This document shows positions 29,473 to 32,000 of a DNA stretch of 32,000 bases, in pieces. The stretch spans positions 1,710,001-1,742,000 of the forward strand of contig NZ_CP053627.1 of the NCBI RefSeq assembly GCF_013177435.1, given 5' to 3'. The notes beneath the pieces were generated by a model. That model did not search any database. It was not told the DNA's origin and saw only the letters and a list, made by a program, of their open reading frames with translations. Origin of the DNA: Xylella taiwanensis (GTDB taxonomy: Bacteria > Pseudomonadota > Gammaproteobacteria > Xanthomonadales > Xanthomonadaceae). Made by a program: the position numbers and the translations under genes. The number at the start of each line of letters is the position of its first letter. Position 1 is the stretch's first letter.

Positions 29473-30435
29473 TCACTTCCATTCCATCTCGCCCTTGGCC
29501 ACCTTGGCACTGATCTCAAGCGATTTCTCGCCACCAAGTCCGGGATAACGTCGCTGCATCGCTGCGATCAGCGCAGCCGCATCCTTGGCTTTAGCGGTTT
29601 CCTCGTCAAAGGCACGGATATAATCGGCAGTGAACGTCACCGAGCGCCCGTCCAGCGACGCGCCAGGCAAAAAATGTCCTGGAACCACAACCTTCGGATC
29701 CAGTGATTTGATCCGATCCAGCATAGCCAGCCAATCCAGGTGCGACTGTGGAGTCTGTGTGTCAGCCATCCATACGTGCTGAGCATCCGTCACCAGGATA
29801 CCGCCGGCGATTGTCCTAATTGAGGGAATCCACACAAAAGTATGGTCAGGCGTCGGACGATCCAGGCCTATAATCCTCAATGCCTGACCTTCAAGCATCA
29901 GCTGGTCTCCTTCCAATGCCTTTGGGATCAAGATTTGTTTCGGTGCGTTCTGCCCTAGTTGCGGCCCCCAGAGCTTCAACTTCGCATCCTTGGTAGCCTG
30001 GATATGCGCGATAGTTTGTGGAGTAGCAAGCAGCTGCGCCTCAGGGAACGCAGCATGCACAATATCTAAACCAAAATAATAGTCAGGATCACCATGACTG
30101 ATATAGATCGTCATCAGACGCTTGCCAGATGCCTTGATTTTCTCGACAAGCTGACGCGCATCAGCGGCAGAGAACTGCGTATCAATCAGGACAGCATCTT
30201 TAGTACCTGTCACCAATACGGAGGAGACTGCAAAGGTCGAATGCTCGCCCAGGTTAAACACTTCAATATTTAACGGGACCTGTTCGGCATCTTTGTGTTC
30301 CAACACAACATGGGGCGGCTGGGACCGCTGAGTCGATTCGACAGGATGATCTGCAGGCTTACATCCGACCAATGTCGCCACGGCCATCAGCATGTACACA
30401 GAACACGCATATCTGATTTTATTTAATGTCCCCAT
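29473..30435 (-). CDS. MBL-fold (metallo-beta-lactamase superfamily) lipoprotein with a non-canonical metal-binding motif
   Basis: It has a lipobox LVGC after a hydrophobic N-terminus (start ATG 30435; the ORF track begins at 30468). MBL-like pattern, but SHGDPDY (30079-30099) replaces the canonical THxHxDH. Confidence 0.75.
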   Translation of the reverse strand: MGTLNKIRYACSVYMLMAVATLVGCKPADHPVESTQRSQPPHVVLEHKDAEQVPLNIEVFNLGEHSTFAVSSVLVTGTKDAVLIDTQFSAADARQLVEKIKASGKRLMTIYISHGDPDYYFGLDIVHAAFPEAQLLATPQTIAHIQATKDAKLKLWGPQLGQNAPKQILIPKALEGDQLMLEGQALRIIGLDRPTPDHTFVWIPSIRTIAGGILVTDAQHVWMADTQTPQSHLDWLAMLDRIKSLDPKVVVPGHFLPGASLDGRSVTFTADYIRAFDEETAKAKDAAALIAAMQRRYPGLGGEKSLEISAKVAKGEMEWK

Positions 30436-31038
30436 TGCACTTCCCTTTTTAAAATTTTTGAAAATCAAAGAAAAAATCCAGATTCATCATGCTTAGCAAA
30501 AACACGAGCATGCCCTTTGGTTCCAATGCCCTCTGTACCATGAAGATATTTACGCGCTTAAAGATGGTAAAAACAGGGGAAACTCAAAGTCGTGCTTTGC
30601 TGATCTTAAGATGCAGCAACTCTATACCCTAGGCAGCGGATGACGTAGCCGATCATAGCAGCCAGCAGTACCTCCCAAAGCCACATCGCTGACCGGGGAC
30701 ACACATTATGGCAGCGGAGAGATCCTCCATAACGATTTTATGTTCGGTCACTGGCCCCGGAGCACATCATCATCGGCGTGCGTCCAATCTCTATCTCTAT
30801 CGATGTATTCGATGATCTATTGATCAGAACAAAATGATTGATGCCAGGATTGACAATCAAGTTTATGTGGTGAAATCAAGGGAAACATGCCCCAGGCATT
30901 GAGCCCGAGCCAAGCGGCACATGATCGCCACCACACAACATTGGTAAATAGCAACAGAGAATCATTTATCCTCAACGCACGGCGTATCGCACCCTGTTTG
31001 CACAAAGATGAAGCCGCATCCCGTATCGGGGCACCGCG

Positions 31039-31084
31039 CAGAAAGACAACTCAGAAAGACAACTTTAAATAAAGCAAATAAAGC
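31039..31084. repeat. Two adjacent perfect micro-duplications in non-coding DNA
   Basis: cagaaagacaact occurs twice in tandem (31039-31051 and 31052-31064), followed by aaataaagc twice in tandem (31067-31075 and 31076-31084). Confidence 0.9.
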
Positions 31085-31473
31085 GGAAAATTTCTGCTCA
31101 GCAATCGGCACACTGGTGGAACATAAGAGGCGTTGGGTGGTGTTTCACCGGACAGATGGGCAGAACTCGATCCTTTCTGGAAGGCATTGTATTGCACTTC
31201 ATTCTGTGAGCCCGGCCTGTACTCCAATCTCATCATCGGAGGGTCATGAAGTTTTACGTTAACCTCTAAATCATGCCTCCATTTTGCTATTGACAGCTTC
31301 AACACCCAGAGAGTCATTACCGTTTTTCATCAATCTAATGTCGTCGCAAATTTGCTAGCGATGAGGCGGCACTCATTTGGCAGGGCACGATACTCACCTG
31401 CATGGTTCTGACATGCCTTTACAGCGCACATAACAGTCCACAGCACCTTGCCACACTGTCGCTACATCCAGAC

Positions 31474-32000
<527 letters not shown>

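Noticed and set aside
31141-31148. tgtttcac, half of a parS site
   Set aside because: The other half is cggacaga rather than gtgaaaca, so it is not a palindrome. A single half site is expected by chance.

Overview
By gene content and moderate GC, this 32 kb window looks like chromosomal DNA from a Xanthomonadaceae (Xylella-like) genome. That assignment comes from my recognition of the proteins, not from a search. I support about 20 genes, mostly housekeeping. In order they are: an AT-rich ORF at the left edge; a secreted PQQ-like beta-propeller protein with a Gly/Tyr-rich tail encoded by a 24-bp minisatellite; an S9 peptidase and an OPT peptide transporter; glpD-glpF-glpK; an SDR oxidoreductase; a hexose-6-phosphate mutarotase-like gene; metE with a long structured leader (candidate cobalamin riboswitch); queH; a decayed pncA remnant; an ANL-family (OleC-like) ligase; an epimerase / GT2 / LAB_N membrane-protein trio; parB-parA; an MBL-fold lipoprotein; and the 3' part of serS. 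I found no rRNA, tRNA, CRISPR array, IS element or recognisable defence or toxin system. About 9.8 kb (roughly 30%) has no convincing CDS, which is unusually high for a bacterial chromosome. This non-coding DNA falls into three compositional classes: very AT-rich (361-1310), strongly A+C-rich on the + strand (3341-3829, 8297-10097, 14091-14400), and ordinary but lower-GC sequence with broken reading frames (27669-29472, 30436-31473). This points to gene decay and rearrangement rather than a clear novel multi-gene system. The best follow-up candidates are the secreted propeller with its tail of repeated AGGYSGxG units, the epimerase-GT2-LAB_N lipid-carrier sugar module, the isolated OleC-like ligase next to a truncated pncA, the metE leader, and the large skewed gene-free tracts.
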